From Utricularia gibba (taxonomy: Eukaryota; Plantae; Magnoliophyta): a DNA stretch of 64,000 bases. Shown here one piece after another: positions 39,763 to 52,490 of this stretch; the stretch's first letter is position 1; each line of letters opens with the position of its first letter. The stretch lies in the NCBI GenBank assembly GCA_002189035.1, contig CM007990.1:4092001-4156000 (forward strand), read 5' to 3'. A program made the position numbers and the translations under genes. Under the pieces are notes generated by a model. The model did not search any database and was not told the DNA's origin. It saw only the letters and a list, made by a program, of their open reading frames with translations.

Positions 39763-41908
39763 TCACTGCTGAGCGCATTGTACCCTCTGAGCACCACCAT
39801 GAGCATCCTCGTCTTCGTCATAAGCTTCCTGACGTTGTGCTTGCTTTCTTCTCATCTCCTCCTCTATGTTGACATCGTGCAGGGTAGTCTCCTCGCAGTT
39901 GTCTAGCTCCATATCTGTCAGTTCCAGGTGTGGTTTTGGAGGGAGTACTTTTAAGAGGGAATCAACTTGTTCGGGAATAAAGGAATCTGGGAATTCCACA
40001 GTGAAATGGATGTAAAGATTGCCCTTCATGAACGGCCTCTGGTACATAGGCATCCCTTCATCATTTATTGCCTTGAAAGAATCTGGCAACCACTAACGTT
40101 AGTAAACTTGTTTTGCGAAATGTATAATGGCATTCATGATCTAGGAATACTTACCAGGCTTTACAACTTCTCCGGGCTGTGACTTTACGAGGAGATTCCT
40201 TCCATCTAGGTGCACAAGAATAAACTGGAAGCCACATAGAGCTTCAGTGAGTAATAGAGTGTGCTCATAGAAGAGATCGTCACCCTTTCTCTTGAATTTT
40301 CCATGGTCCTTCTGTTGGAGAACAAACACTATATCTCCAGTGACTGTATCCGGCTGCAACAGGACAAAACAAAGTAGCGGTGATGAATATGAGCCCGAAG
40401 CACATTTTTTATACTGCATTCAACTGTGGTTTAAGAAAAATCCATGCACACCGCTTCGTCAGCTTCACCAGGGAATGTAATTCTCTGCCCGTTCTGCATT
40501 CCTTTCTCAACATGGACTTCCAGGACTTTTTTCTCCTGAACAACCTTCTCCCCCTTGCATTGAGGACAACGATCCCTGTCATTTATTGTTTCTCCAGTTC
40601 CTTTGCAATCATTACAGTGATGCTGCATTTGCTGAATCATTCCAGGGCCGAGCTGCCGAATAGTGACCTTCATACCAGATCCTTGACACCCTGAGCACTT
40701 TATTGATGCACCAGATTTTGAACCTTTACTGTAAAAAATAATTTCAGATGAAGACTTGTGTGATTCAAATCAGTATTTTAATCAAAGTTACTTAAAGACA
40801 CTCACCCGTCGCACTTTGAACAGATCACATTGCGAGAAAGAGACAACTTTTTGGATGTTCCAAGATATAAATCCTCAAGAGACACCTTAAGAGGATGCAC
40901 TACATCCTCTCCCTTCCTTTGCCTCCGACCCCTGCTACTCCCACCGCCTAGTTGTCACCAGAAAAGACATAAAAGCTGTTGGCTACGTATGAGAAATACA
41001 CCCATGGACATACACATGCAGGAATACCGACAGGAATGTAGCGTCTCTCACCTCCAAACGCTCCACCACCAAAGAAAGATGAGAAGATATCGAAGGGATC
41101 ATGCATGCCTGCACCGCCGCTGCCCATTCCCTCCTTGAGAGCATCCTCTCCATATTGATCGTATATTTCACGTTTCTCAGGGTCACTCAGAACCTCATAA
41201 GCATGTGCAAGCTCTTTGAACTGCACCAAGAGATTTTACTTTTCTAAGAAATGCAAAACAAAAGAAATGATAAAGCAGCAAGCATAATAGGAAAGATCCC
41301 ACTAAATAATAAAAACATAAACTTCATGATGGCAGTAACAGCAAAAGTTACTACTTTTCTCGCATGCACGCAACCGATTCAATGTCCCGGTTCGGTTCTC
41401 TTGAACCGCGATGAAAAGTCACCAGAACACGTTATCCCTCATACGCACGGATCAAACTTTCACAAAACAGACGAAACTAAGAAAATAGCTTAGCCAGCGG
41501 CGTATAATAAATGTCAATGAACAGCACGCAGAATACCGCCCACAGTTCCAAGAATACCTCGTCAAAAAAGGACATCTAATTACGCGAAAATCATTGAAAC
41601 TTCAACGCATCCAGATTTCCACTCAACGATCATACATCACATAAATACCGTAAATGCTCGCGAAATAAACCCCAGCATAGGCATCAATCATTCAACAATC
41701 AAAGTCCAGACGTAATAAAAAATGCAAAAAGATGTAAAAATAACTTGAATACCTTCTCTGGATCGCCACCCTTGTCAGGATGATTCTTGATAGCAGCTTT
41801 CTTGTACGCCTTCTTCAAGTCGTCGGGGGACGCCGTCTTAGGCACTCCAAGGACATCATAGTATCTAGTGTTATCGCTCTCGCTTTTCTTGGGCCTCCTC
41901 CCAAACAT
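39763..41908 (-). CDS. Cytosolic type I DnaJ/Hsp40 (J2/J3-like) with CAQQ prenylation motif
   Basis: J-domain HPDKGGD, G/F region, four CxxCxG zinc motifs, C-terminal QRVQCAQQ; exons traced in frame. Confidence 0.96.
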
Positions 41909-42107
41909 GTTGTGGATCTCCTTCAAATGCAGTCGGATCTCGAAGATCCCAGATGCTTGTAAGAGGAGAAGAAGCGAGGCGCTCCCTCAGCGTCAGGAGA
42001 AAGGGCTTTTTCACATATAAAGCATTTGGACGGTGATGATCGGCCTTGGATTCTATGTCAGCCGTTGGATCTCCATTTCGTCTAAACCCTCCGTCCATTA
42101 ATCAACG

Positions 42108-42122
42108 CTTCTAGATGGTTCC
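42108..42122. promoter_or_regulatory. Heat-shock element, with a Site II (TGGGCC) cluster at about 42135-42190, upstream of DnaJ
   Basis: cTTCt-aGATg-gTTCc is nTTCnnGAAnnTTCn with one mismatch, about 200 bp upstream of the ATG of a chaperone gene. Confidence 0.6.
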
Positions 42123-43259
42123 ACCGTAGTTGGAATGGGCCCAGTGCTCACATGGGCCTCAGGATCTGTTACTTGGGCCGCAGCGGGCTTCTTCGACCGC
42201 GGAGCTTTTTTCTATTGTAAAATTTTCCCCAAAAATAAGAGTATTTTTTTAATCATATTTGGAAATAAGATCATCTCTGTAGACTAGTCAGCGTTGACTA
42301 ATCTCCTCCCCCAAAAAATAAACACGCATGTGACGTAGCAAGCAAGAGTTTGACTTTATTTTGTATTTTAAAAAATACCTTATATTTTTTAAAAACATTT
42401 TCATAATAGCTTAGTTTTTAAATTTATTATTATTTAACCTGATTTTTTAAATATAATTGATAATATATATTATCTTTTATAATTGTTTTTATATTACCTC
42501 AATTAAAAGATTAAATGAGTAAATACTTCAATTTTTTTTCATTTACTTTTTTTATTTATATTAACTTTATAATATTAATAAAAATAGAAATATTTTTTTT
42601 CATTTTATCTTATTTTATGATTTTTTTTATATATTTTAGTTTTAATAAATTTATTAGATGCATTTTTTGATACATTAATATTATTAAAATATACTTTATT
42701 TTCACAATTGAAGGTTTAAATTCAATATTTATATTTTAGGAATATTACAATATTAGGTTTTCGAAATTCGTGATTAGATTTTATAATTGAATGATTTATG
42801 GTTTAGAATTTAATTTTTGGGGTTTAGTTTCTAGGATTCAAATTTAATTTTTGGATTTATACTTTAGAGTTTCGTATTTAAAAATTATGATTTAAGTTAT
42901 TTAAATTTAGAATTTAGAATTTAATTTTGTGATTGAAAAATTAGAAATTAAAATAAAGATAAATTTCTAATATAAATGAATACTAAAGATGAATTATCAA
43001 TAAAAATGTAAACAAAATTAAAATACAAAAAAGAAATAACTAAGTTAAATTACTAATAAAAATATTAAAAATAGGTAAATAACAAAGAAATATAAGAGTG
43101 ATGTAAGCAATCATAAATATATTTTGACAATGGTATTTTAAGAATAACCGAATCTATCCGTCGGTAGATTTCGTTGACCTGAGCTCTAACACGCTTTCAA
43201 GCTTCATCCGTATAAGCATCCACTGCTGCCGCTGAACTTCACATTTTGAATCAAAGAAG

Positions 43260-43790
43260 ATGGAGTCCGGGGGAGTTGACGGCGGTGGCGACAAACTCCG
43301 GCGCAAGAAGTGGGTTATATACATCGGAGTCGGGCTCGTTGTCGGAGTCCTCGCGATCATGGGCCTGGTGCTCATCATCCTATTCTTCACCATATTCAGG
43401 CCAACCATCACCGTCGACCAGTACTTTACTTTCGGCCCTACGTTCTTAAACGGATCCACCATGCCGATGTCTTTCGCAGCTGATTTTACGGTGAAGAACC
43501 CCAATGCCGGCGCCTTCAGGTTTCCCGACACGCATACCATCGTCCTCTACAACGACCAAGTGATCGGAGAATCGTACGGCCCCCCGGGGAGCGTGGGGCG
43601 GCACCAAACCAAGAGTATGAACATGAGGGTGGAGGTGCCGGCGGATCAGCTGCGCCGGGTATATTCCCAGGCGGGTACGAGTTCCGTCACTTTTCAGGTA
43701 TTGATGGAGATGAAGGGGAGAGTGCAAGTCATCGTGAGCAGGCGCGTGACAGCCACGATGAACTACCCAGTTACTTGGTTAGGGATGTAA
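43260..43790 (+). CDS. LEA_2 / NDR1-HIN1-like membrane-anchored protein, intronless
   Basis: N-terminal TM helix, FTVKNPN motif, IGE...PPG, MKGRVQV. Confidence 0.85.
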   Translation: MESGGVDGGGDKLRRKKWVIYIGVGLVVGVLAIMGLVLIILFFTIFRPTITVDQYFTFGPTFLNGSTMPMSFAADFTVKNPNAGAFRFPDTHTIVLYNDQVIGESYGPPGSVGRHQTKSMNMRVEVPADQLRRVYSQAGTSSVTFQVLMEMKGRVQVIVSRRVTATMNYPVTWLGM

Positions 43791-45644
43791 CATCCATAGC
43801 TTTGGTGAAGGGATATGCTGCCGTCTTCCCGGTTTAGGTGAAAATATGCTAATTACAGGGTGTAATTACTATAGAAAAACAATTCAAATTCAATTCCCAC
43901 CAAATAAATAATAAATAATATTATTAATCTTGTTTATTTGTAATTAATAAATATTTTATTAATCAAAATATCTAAAAAAAACTTTTTCATCAGTTCACTT
44001 TAAATTCACGTACTAAATAAAATAATATTAAAAGTTCAACAAAACGCCGGGTTAACGAACGAATTTGGGCCTTGCAACGAAGCCCAAATAATGAAAGCTC
44101 TCTTGAAATTGGGCCATCGATAGCCCAGACCAAAACCCTGCCGAGCGTTTTTGGGGAGCATCCGCAGACGCGGACACGGGAAGCCGCCAAATTGTGTGGG
44201 GACACGCGGGGAGCGTCCATCGATTTCTCAAGTGTCAAGACTACAGTGGTCTTTTGGTAAAGCGCATAATAATAGATTCTTTAATATAATAAATAACATG
44301 CGCCAAGAAACAATTTTGTTTATTTTTTTAAAATTATTTAAATGCGTAAAATCAGCAGATGGCGGAGGGTAAGGTTCACTAGAGCCGTAGTCGTACCATA
44401 AAGTTTTTGACTCTCACTATTTTATATATGGACATTAGTGTCCCTCATAATTGAATTTCGAAAAAAAATGGAATTTCAGATTTAATCCGAAAATTGAAAT
44501 TTTGGGAATATTTTGTGAGATTATTGTGTTTTTTAAAAATTATTCATCATATTAATAGCTTATAGAAAAGTCATAAATGAGACAAATAAATTGATAAATC
44601 GAAAAAAAGAAGAAAAAATTAAGAAAACTGCCTCAGAATAAAGTTTTCATTATCAATTATTATATTTTTAAATTCCTAAGTGGACATTAATTGGGAATCC
44701 TAGTCGGCAAAATCATTTGGTTATTATTATTATTATTATTAAAAATTATTTTGTTTTTTCTTCCTCGGTCTTGAATTGATTTTTAGCTCGAAAACAAATC
44801 AATCCATAATATCTCTCATATTATTCAAAAATAGATATTTTGGGAAGCATTTCCAAGTAGAATAATTTAATTAATAATACATTTAAATTGTTTGTATTAG
44901 ATTAAAAATACGTTTAATATATAAATTTTTACAAATATGTTTATAATAATTAAAAATAAATTAAAACTCACATAGTATACATATTTTAAAAACTATAGTA
45001 AAATGTTTTACTCAACTGCCTTTAAATAAATTCATTCCACCTATTGAACAGAGGTATGGGCATGGGTGATTATTAGAAATGTTTTATTCTTTCTAATATA
45101 ATCATTAATTTTTTTTTAATTGAAGGTGATTATTTTTCTCATATAGTTAAAGAAGGATGGGCATATTTTTAATAGACTCATGAGGGGTTTGGAATGGATC
45201 TATTAGAAATGTGGCCACTTCCCCTTCACTATGTGAGAAAAGTATCCATTTCAGTAAAAAATTTTAATTGAGTGTGTGAGAGAGAATGAAGGGGTAATCA
45301 TATTTTGTAAATGTGTTAATTAATATTTTGAATTAAAAAAAAAGAAACCCAAAATTGTCATTATACATGGAATGGAAAACGTAGGAAATAATAAAGGCCG
45401 TCAGTGGGAAATGCATCAAGATTCAAGACCTGTGTTTCTCTGCTCTCGTGTGGTTTGGTTCCCCGTCTCCATCTTCGTTTCCGGAGTCTGCGTCACTTCT
45501 TCTTCCACTGTTTTTTTTTTTTTTTGCTGTAAATCTAGCGATTTTTCTCCGCCCACTGGGGGGTATTTCCGGCGCTGGTATGAGATCCCATTTTCCCTTT
45601 ATGTGTCACTCTTGGCTGTCAACCTGAGGAAATCGGATTCATCA

Positions 45645-46730
45645 ATGGGGATCTTTTCCTCCTCCCCGTCGGCCATTGTTCCAGCTCTGGCACTTGTTCT
45701 GTCTCTGCCGCTTTTTTATTTCTTTTTCGGTTCCCACTTTCTCCCGCAGCGGCAAATCTCCATTTCGGATCCAGATGAGCTCGACGATCTATCGCTTTTC
45801 CACAAGGCTATCGCAATGGACGCTACTAATTTCTCGCGCCACTCCATTCGGCATCCGTCGACCAGGTCTCATCTTTCTGCGGATGTGCGCAGGCCCAAAA
45901 TCGCTTTTCTGTTTCTCACCAACTCGGAACTGTATTTTGCCCCCTTGTGGGAGCTCTTCTTTGCGAATGTAACCCTCAAGCAGTATAATATCTATGTCCA
46001 TGCCGATCCTTTTGTTAAAATCCCTCCTTTTGAAGGTGTTTTTAAGGGTAAGCTTATCCCCTCCAAGAGAACCCAGAGATCTTCGCCCACACTCATTTCT
46101 GCCGCCCGACGCCTCCTCGCGACGGCGATGCTTGATGACCCGGCTAACACTTACTTCGCCCTTATCTCCCAGCACTGCATCCCGATTCACTCCTTTAATT
46201 ACTTGTACAATTTTCTTTTTGACATGAGGAAACTGTACACGGATATGGAGTTCCGTAGCTACATTGAGATTCTCGACGATGAGCCCATTTTATGGGATCG
46301 ATATAATGCCAGGGGGAGTGGTGTGATGATCCCCGAAGTACATTTCGATGAATTTCGTGTGGGTTCTCAGTTTTTTGTGCTTTCTCGCAAGCATGCTTTG
46401 ATGGTGATCAAGGATAGGAAGCTATGGAGGAAATTTAAGCTACCATGTTTGAATCTGCATTCTTGCTATCCCGAGGAACATTATTTCCCCACAATGCTAT
46501 CGATGCAGGATCCAAAAGGCTGTACTCGTTTTACCTTGACAAGAGTTAATTGGACAGATAGCGTTGATGGACACCCACACACTTACCATCCTCCAGAAAT
46601 CTCTCCTCAGCTGGTTCACAATCTAAGGAAGTCGAATTCTACCTACTCTTTCATGTTTGCAAGAAAATTCTCCCCTGATTGCTTGAGCCCTTTATTGGAA
46701 ATGGCGCATTCGGTTCTCTTTAAGGACTAA
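45645..46730 (+). CDS. DUF266 / core-2 I-branching (GT14-like, BC10-like) glycosyltransferase, CDS intronless
   Basis: PKIAFLFLT, YNIYVHADP, LISAARRLLATA, FALISQHCIP, GSQFFVL, CYPEEHYFPT, FARKF; type II TM segment after the ATG at 45645. Confidence 0.93.
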   Translation: MGIFSSSPSAIVPALALVLSLPLFYFFFGSHFLPQRQISISDPDELDDLSLFHKAIAMDATNFSRHSIRHPSTRSHLSADVRRPKIAFLFLTNSELYFAPLWELFFANVTLKQYNIYVHADPFVKIPPFEGVFKGKLIPSKRTQRSSPTLISAARRLLATAMLDDPANTYFALISQHCIPIHSFNYLYNFLFDMRKLYTDMEFRSYIEILDDEPILWDRYNARGSGVMIPEVHFDEFRVGSQFFVLSRKHALMVIKDRKLWRKFKLPCLNLHSCYPEEHYFPTMLSMQDPKGCTRFTLTRVNWTDSVDGHPHTYHPPEISPQLVHNLRKSNSTYSFMFARKFSPDCLSPLLEMAHSVLFKD

Positions 46731-47932
46731 TGTCTAACCATGGTATGTGTAGATTGCGTCTTTCTGTTCTCTCATGTTTAGCTTGTTTTTATGTGCCTCC
46801 CTTATTTTTACATTCCTTTGTGAAGTAGAAACAATTCTGTCATAGAACATGCTAGCAAAGTTCTGTCTGTTGCTTTTGGTCCCCGCGTCTGTAGGCTTGA
46901 AACCTCGAATCCTTAAGGCCGGGGACACTTTGTTTCAGAGTCCAATTTTAGGCATACGAATCCGAAATGTTTTTCATATGCCTTATTGCATGTACAATTA
47001 TCAGTTTGGTTGCACTCTGCTTTGTTAAAGAAATCACTTTTTGGCCGCAAATGATGCACTTTCTTTTGTGGAATGGTCAATTTTCACACCATCTTAGCGT
47101 GGTTGGTCTGCTTCTGGCACAGAAAATGTCTCTGCAATTTTTAACACATTCTAACTTGGGTTGTGCCAGAATCAGATACAATCACACCGTTCCCTGGCCT
47201 GAAACTTGTAGAACTTGATATCTTGGATATGCCCTCCATTTCCTTGCATTTGATCACTTGGTAAGTACCACACAAAGCTTCTTGTGTTCTTTGCAGGGGT
47301 GAGTCAAGAACAAGGGCAGTAGACTATTGCTTACGAAGGAGAATGTTGGAGACCCGTTGTGGGATTTGGCTGTTGAGTGGCTGCAAGAACTAAATGCCCC
47401 CAACCCAAGTGACCCAAAGGAGCTCAAGTCAAACCAGTCGAAGAAGAACCTCTTTGAATAAACCATTAGCTGTCACGAAACACAAAAAGTAGGTATGTTG
47501 TGATGGAATGGGATATCTCATCCCAAAGCTTAGGTATGTTTGTATGATGAAGAGGAAACCAATCTTCCCTTCTGTGTGGATAAGTGTATCTTGCAACTTG
47601 TGTCTGTGCTTGTTGTGTATCCGAATGAACAGTTTTTCTCTTGGCTGCGCGAAGGAAAAGCAAGCGCGCATCTGCCAATTTGAGTTCAGTGTGTACGTGC
47701 AGAAGTTTCTTCCTCTGCTTTTTGACTTTTGTTGTGATAAGGTTGTGGGAAAATGTAATTAACTCTGAAAGTTAAAGCGCCTCTACATTATTGAAGTGAG
47801 GGCTCTGGATGTTTCACCACCTCTGCAGCACACAGCTTGATGAGTGGGAGAGCTTTTTCCTAAAGACAAAAACCACATTGTCTGTTGTACATATTACAAT
47901 AACAACTGTTTGGATGTCTGAAAAATTAAGTA

Positions 47933-47950
47933 ATGATGATGATGATGATG
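47933..47950. repeat. (ATG)6 microsatellite
   Basis: Directly seen. Confidence 0.85.
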
Positions 47951-48043
47951 ATTAATAAACAAAAAAACTTTATCACAGGTTTGAAATTTGGCGCGCGTAA
48001 TGTTCAGTCTTATAAGTTTTTTGCATGTGTCAGCAACAAAGTG

Positions 48044-50490
48044 TCATGAACCGTTGGTGAACCCAAAATGAAAAGTTTTCTGGTGTAGTGCATTCATAGC
48101 ATAATCTATTTGGAGGTGTCCAAACTGAGACTTGAACCGTATCCCATATCCGAATCCAGTACCTGAACCCGGTTTACCATACCTGAGCCCCGGATTTCCT
48201 TAGAAAAATAGGCACAAGTCAAGGATGAGCAAGCTTACAGAGAGGTTAAAGTGCCAAGTGGACAAAAGACTAACCTGGGACATGCTGGCCTGTACCGAGA
48301 TCCGATCCAAAATCCAAGAAAACAAAGCCATCGACTGTTTTGTTCTGCATAGATTGATAATAATACGAAAAGGTGTTTTCAATCTTATTGCATTGTGGTG
48401 ATCAAGTGACTTGGAGGCAAAACACGAGCTTAGACAGGTAAGGTCATGCAGGACATCATACCAAAGCTGACTGTGACGTGATAATATAGATCATTTAAAC
48501 ACCAAGAAATACCAAAAAAATGACCGCATCAGATGTTCAGGGAAGAATATTCAAGGGTAAAAAGAATCCAAGGAAGAACAGAAGTACCAGTGGTAGGGTG
48601 AGCTCGTTGTTAGCAATGAAGCATGATCTTCCGGACCCAACAAGGCCATCACCATACCCTCGAACACTCCCTGGTCCTCCAATTGAAAAAGCTTGATAAG
48701 GAGCTATGTCTCCAACAACAGAGCCTCCAATGAGACTGAAATAAAAGAAAGAAAATGGTGTGAAGTGAAAATACTGGGAATAATTTAAAAATTCAATAGA
48801 CGGTTTTGCAGTGGATTTCTCTTTTGCAACAGCTTTCAATATAGAAAAACTCTATGCAGAAAACTGAGGCAAAACCAGATGTTGGGGCTGTGGCCATCCA
48901 TGGTCTAAGATTGTGTTACTCGACCTGGTCCAAAAAAATGCTGGTCCAAGCTTTATTCCTCTGGTGGCAATGAACTTGAAACGGTTAAAGATCAGCCACT
49001 TGGATATAACAGGAACTCCTTGCTCTATTTGCAAATTAATCTGCGTAGGATAGAGTAGGAAGATGGAGCACATTAAATCCACGGAATATCAAGGCTGAAC
49101 ATGTATACAAAAGTACAAATTCGAATCGTGAAGTCAGAGTAATTTACTCGAGTAAAGCCATGATCATTTGCACTTGCAAACTGTGATTCTTGTTTGAGTA
49201 TAACCATGGAATCATGATAGCCACCGCTGAATGATTACCATATTACTTAGTATAACAGTAATGAGAACAAAAATACGAGCAAAGCTAGTACCTGCTAGTC
49301 ACTGGAAATCCTTGAAGATCTCTATTGATAGCATGTCCATTATCACTCAAGGGCCGGATTTGCTATATTAATTTGCTAGTTTCAATATGATTGCATCATG
49401 AAACTATTAATGCTAGGCAAGTTGAGACACACAAACCTCGAATTTAATGCATGTTTTACTAGTCCAACTGGAAGTTGCAGGCTCGCAAAGGTCTAAACCA
49501 GCTGATAAGCGACAGAGATTCACACCGCCACTGGCTGATCGAGCAAAATTGTCACGTGGGATACCATGCACTGCTACCTCTGGTGAGACAGAGTGCTGCA
49601 GAATGAAAAAATGACTGGTAAAAGAAATCTCGATGAACCAAAAAGTTAACTCTTAAAATATAAATAGTAACATATATCTGACAGCTTAACTCGATGCAGT
49701 ACAGAACAATGAAAATGAGAAACAAGATTTGAAGTGCGATCTATCTCCTCTTCTTTCGAAGACAACCAGTTAAAAAAGGGTAACCTGAATAAAGAAGGCA
49801 TGTTGTGAAAGCCATTCTGGCCTCGGCTTACGGTAGCTGATCAAGATGTTGGAATCACATAAGCCTTTGTCCCACAAGAAGTCAAGTTTCTCACTCTTTC
49901 CAAATAGATTTGGATGCTTAATACACAGACTGGCACAACAAAGAGACACAATCAGAAACAATCATTATCTCAGATAAGCAGAGTCAGTTCTCCAGTTCAC
50001 ATATATACCAAAAATTTCTAAGATTTCGTACAGACGGTTCTAGCTAGACAACGGAAACACAACACTCTAAGGACCAGAAATCCACTTGGCATTTGAAGTA
50101 TAAGGATGGGAGAAAACATTGCTTTGCCCTTGACCTGCCAATAACAAGCGAAAGAGGGCTGCCTCCGTTGACAACATTCCTGTCAGTAGGAAACGAAAGC
50201 AAGTCAATTCCTTGAAAGGAGACACGAATATCTACTTCCGATTCCCGCCCCAATTCTAAAATAACGGTAATACCTGGAGGGATGAAGCATCAAAGCAGCA
50301 CACAGCTTATGTGTGAAATCCACGTTGAAGTCAACCTTGGCTACATATAGACCCAAAGAAAAACCAACGCTTCACCAATGAATGAAAAATTATCCAACTC
50401 AAAATTCAAAAAAACAACAGATATCAAAGCAATCGACCAATTTCAACCAAACCCACCATTTCCAGCCTGAATACTCGTCTGGGCTCCCAT
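48044..50490 (-). CDS. Chloroplast outer-envelope Omp85-family beta-barrel without POTRA domains (P39/P36-like), 10 exons, intact
   Basis: MGAQTSIQAGN|AKVDFNVDFTHKLC, SLCIKHPNLFG, YQAFSIGGPGSVRGY, GFGYGIRFKSQFGHLQIDYA; all phases compatible. Confidence 0.9.
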
Positions 50491-51032
50491 CCCATTACTC
50501 TGACATCAAAAATGAGAAAAAAAAAAAAGAAGCCTATCTTCCGTGCAATCACTCAACTAAAATCAAGATCTTCTATGAACTAGGGCTATATCCAACGACA
50601 AAAGCACTGGATTAAAGTGCCTGCTTTCCACTTGGTTGTAGCAAAAGAACCAAATGAGCACAAACAGAATCGCCTTTGGAGTTTGGACGCAAGCTATCGC
50701 CTCCTTTCAGCATACGGCAACAATACTGCATTGTATGCCACGAATTGCATGTAATTTCAGAATTTTATGTTAATTTTCTCTTTTTTATTTTATTTATCAT
50801 CCCAGTTTTCTTTTAAAAAAAATACTAAATGCAGATATTTTATATTTAATCCTTTTTTTTCAATGACGACCACATAAATACTCCCAATCTAGATAAATAT
50901 TAATTTAAAATATTTTTAAAAAACAATTAAAATTTACATATTTATTAAATCTAATCAATTGTACACAAAGTCAATATTTTAAATGATCAAACCATAAACT
51001 ACTTGTACTAGTGGTTCAAGATTTGAATTGTG

Positions 51033-51232
51033 ATTTAAAATGATTTGATCCTAATTTATTTTCTTAATTTTACATTTCAAAATGATTCAATCCTAGTTTG
51101 TTTTTTTTTTTAATTTGCATTTCAAAGTGATCCGATTTTAATCTATTTTTTTTCAATTTGCATTTCAAAATGATTCGATTGTAATTTATTTTTTTTAATT
51201 TGCATTTCAAAATGATTTGATCGTAATTTATT
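51033..51232. repeat. Minisatellite, 5 copies of a 41-45 bp unit
   Basis: Unit approximately ATTTCAAAATGATTTGATCCTAATTTATTTTTTTAATTTGC; length varies in the T-run. Confidence 0.85.
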
Positions 51233-51383
51233 AAATATTCTCAAACTCAATACTTTTAATACCAATGTTTGAATTTTGAAAAAAATTTAGATTAGGATTT
51301 AATGCAAAAAAAAAAACGAAATTTTGACAAAATTTCAGAAAAAAATGATCAAATTTCGAAAAAATGATCAAAAAATCATTTAA

Positions 51384-52490
51384 CTAATAACTGCCGTTGA
51401 TAGAGTAAGTTGGCTCCTTGCCTCCCAATGAACCCAAACCATTGAAGCAGCGCTGGTAAAAGGAGGATGGCAATGGCTGCCACCAATCCATTCCTGGTTT
51501 TCCCAGAAGCCAGTTCTTGGTCTTTCGTGCACCTTTTACGCCTCGCTGAATTCTATCTGCCCATCTCATCTGTTGTCATGTAGAATGGGAAGTGAATTAG
51601 CAGAGCTGCAGAGGAGTGCGCAAAAGGGGTAAGATGTGGGTGGGCTGTTACCATGGCGTCGAGGCCCGAGGGCATCTGGTGACAAGGAAGAGATGGCCTA
51701 CTGAGCTTGAATCCCAACTGCTCGCTCATGTTCGCCATCTTTTCTGGGCGTGCTCATGCGTTTCACCATTGATGTGAGCATCTTTTCTGAGCATCTGTGT
51801 CAAATGATGCTTTTCAAGGTTCCTGGAGACCTGGCGCATTGCAGAATCCTTCATTTGCTCTTGTAGGTCTGCAGAAGAACTTGGGGAAACGGGTTGAGGG
51901 GAGTTTCTGGAGCTTGAACCTCGAGGTGAGCTCTCTTCCCCCAACACCAGATCCATTCTCTTCCACCAAATTCCCTCCCGTGCTCCTGCTGTCTGGGTTT
52001 AGCACATTGGGACATTCCGCGGCAGCCAACCATTTCTTGACCCCGTAAAGATTTCGCCATTTCGAACATCTTTTCCCCTTCTTCAGTCGACATCTTTCCC
52101 ATCATCTCATTTGCCAACTTAACTGAACTTCGATGATTGGTATCACCAGGTGGTGATGCGGGTGCCCTCTGTAGCATCTTTTACACTTCTTCCGGTGGGA
52201 GTTTTGCCATTACATCGCTTGTAGCCTTGAGCATTTCAGGAGACAGCTGGGGACAGGGTGAGGAACTGGGGATACTACTCCGTGGAATTTGGCAGCTAAA
52301 ACAACCATTCTTTGAAATTCACCAGGGGGCATTTTGCTGATAGCAGTAGATGCATGCATACTTTATCATACCAGGAGATAAACCATCAGCATCACCACGA
52401 CAGGGACAGGGTTTCAGGATCAGAGCGAGCAATTAAATCCTGGAATGACTTCAGAGATTCTCCGATGGCCGACGGGCATATGGACATGCG
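51384..52490 (-). pseudogene. OEP61: OEP61 (chloroplast tail-anchored TPR chaperone receptor) C-terminal half, pseudogene
   Basis: Fragments [105 protein letters not shown]. At least 6 frameshifts, an in-frame TAA at 52181-52183, and no N-terminal or TPR exons. Confidence 0.88.

Noticed and set aside
42780-42925. Telomere-like GGTTTAG/AATTTAG motifs
   Set aside because: Scattered and degenerate; typical of AT-rich TE debris rather than an interstitial telomere.
45372-45644. N-terminal ORF extensions of DUF266 (also SPPA to 21682 and KIN12E to 61112)
   Set aside because: The extensions run through promoter/UTR-like sequence (poly-T tracts, MSA motifs); the downstream ATGs fit the family N-termini.
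47987-47994. Perfect E2F site TTTGGCGC
   Set aside because: It lies in 3' regions between convergent genes, not in a promoter; plausible by chance.
51033-51232. CRISPR-like repeat array
   Set aside because: Tandem units have no unique spacers, the context is eukaryotic, and there are no cas genes.
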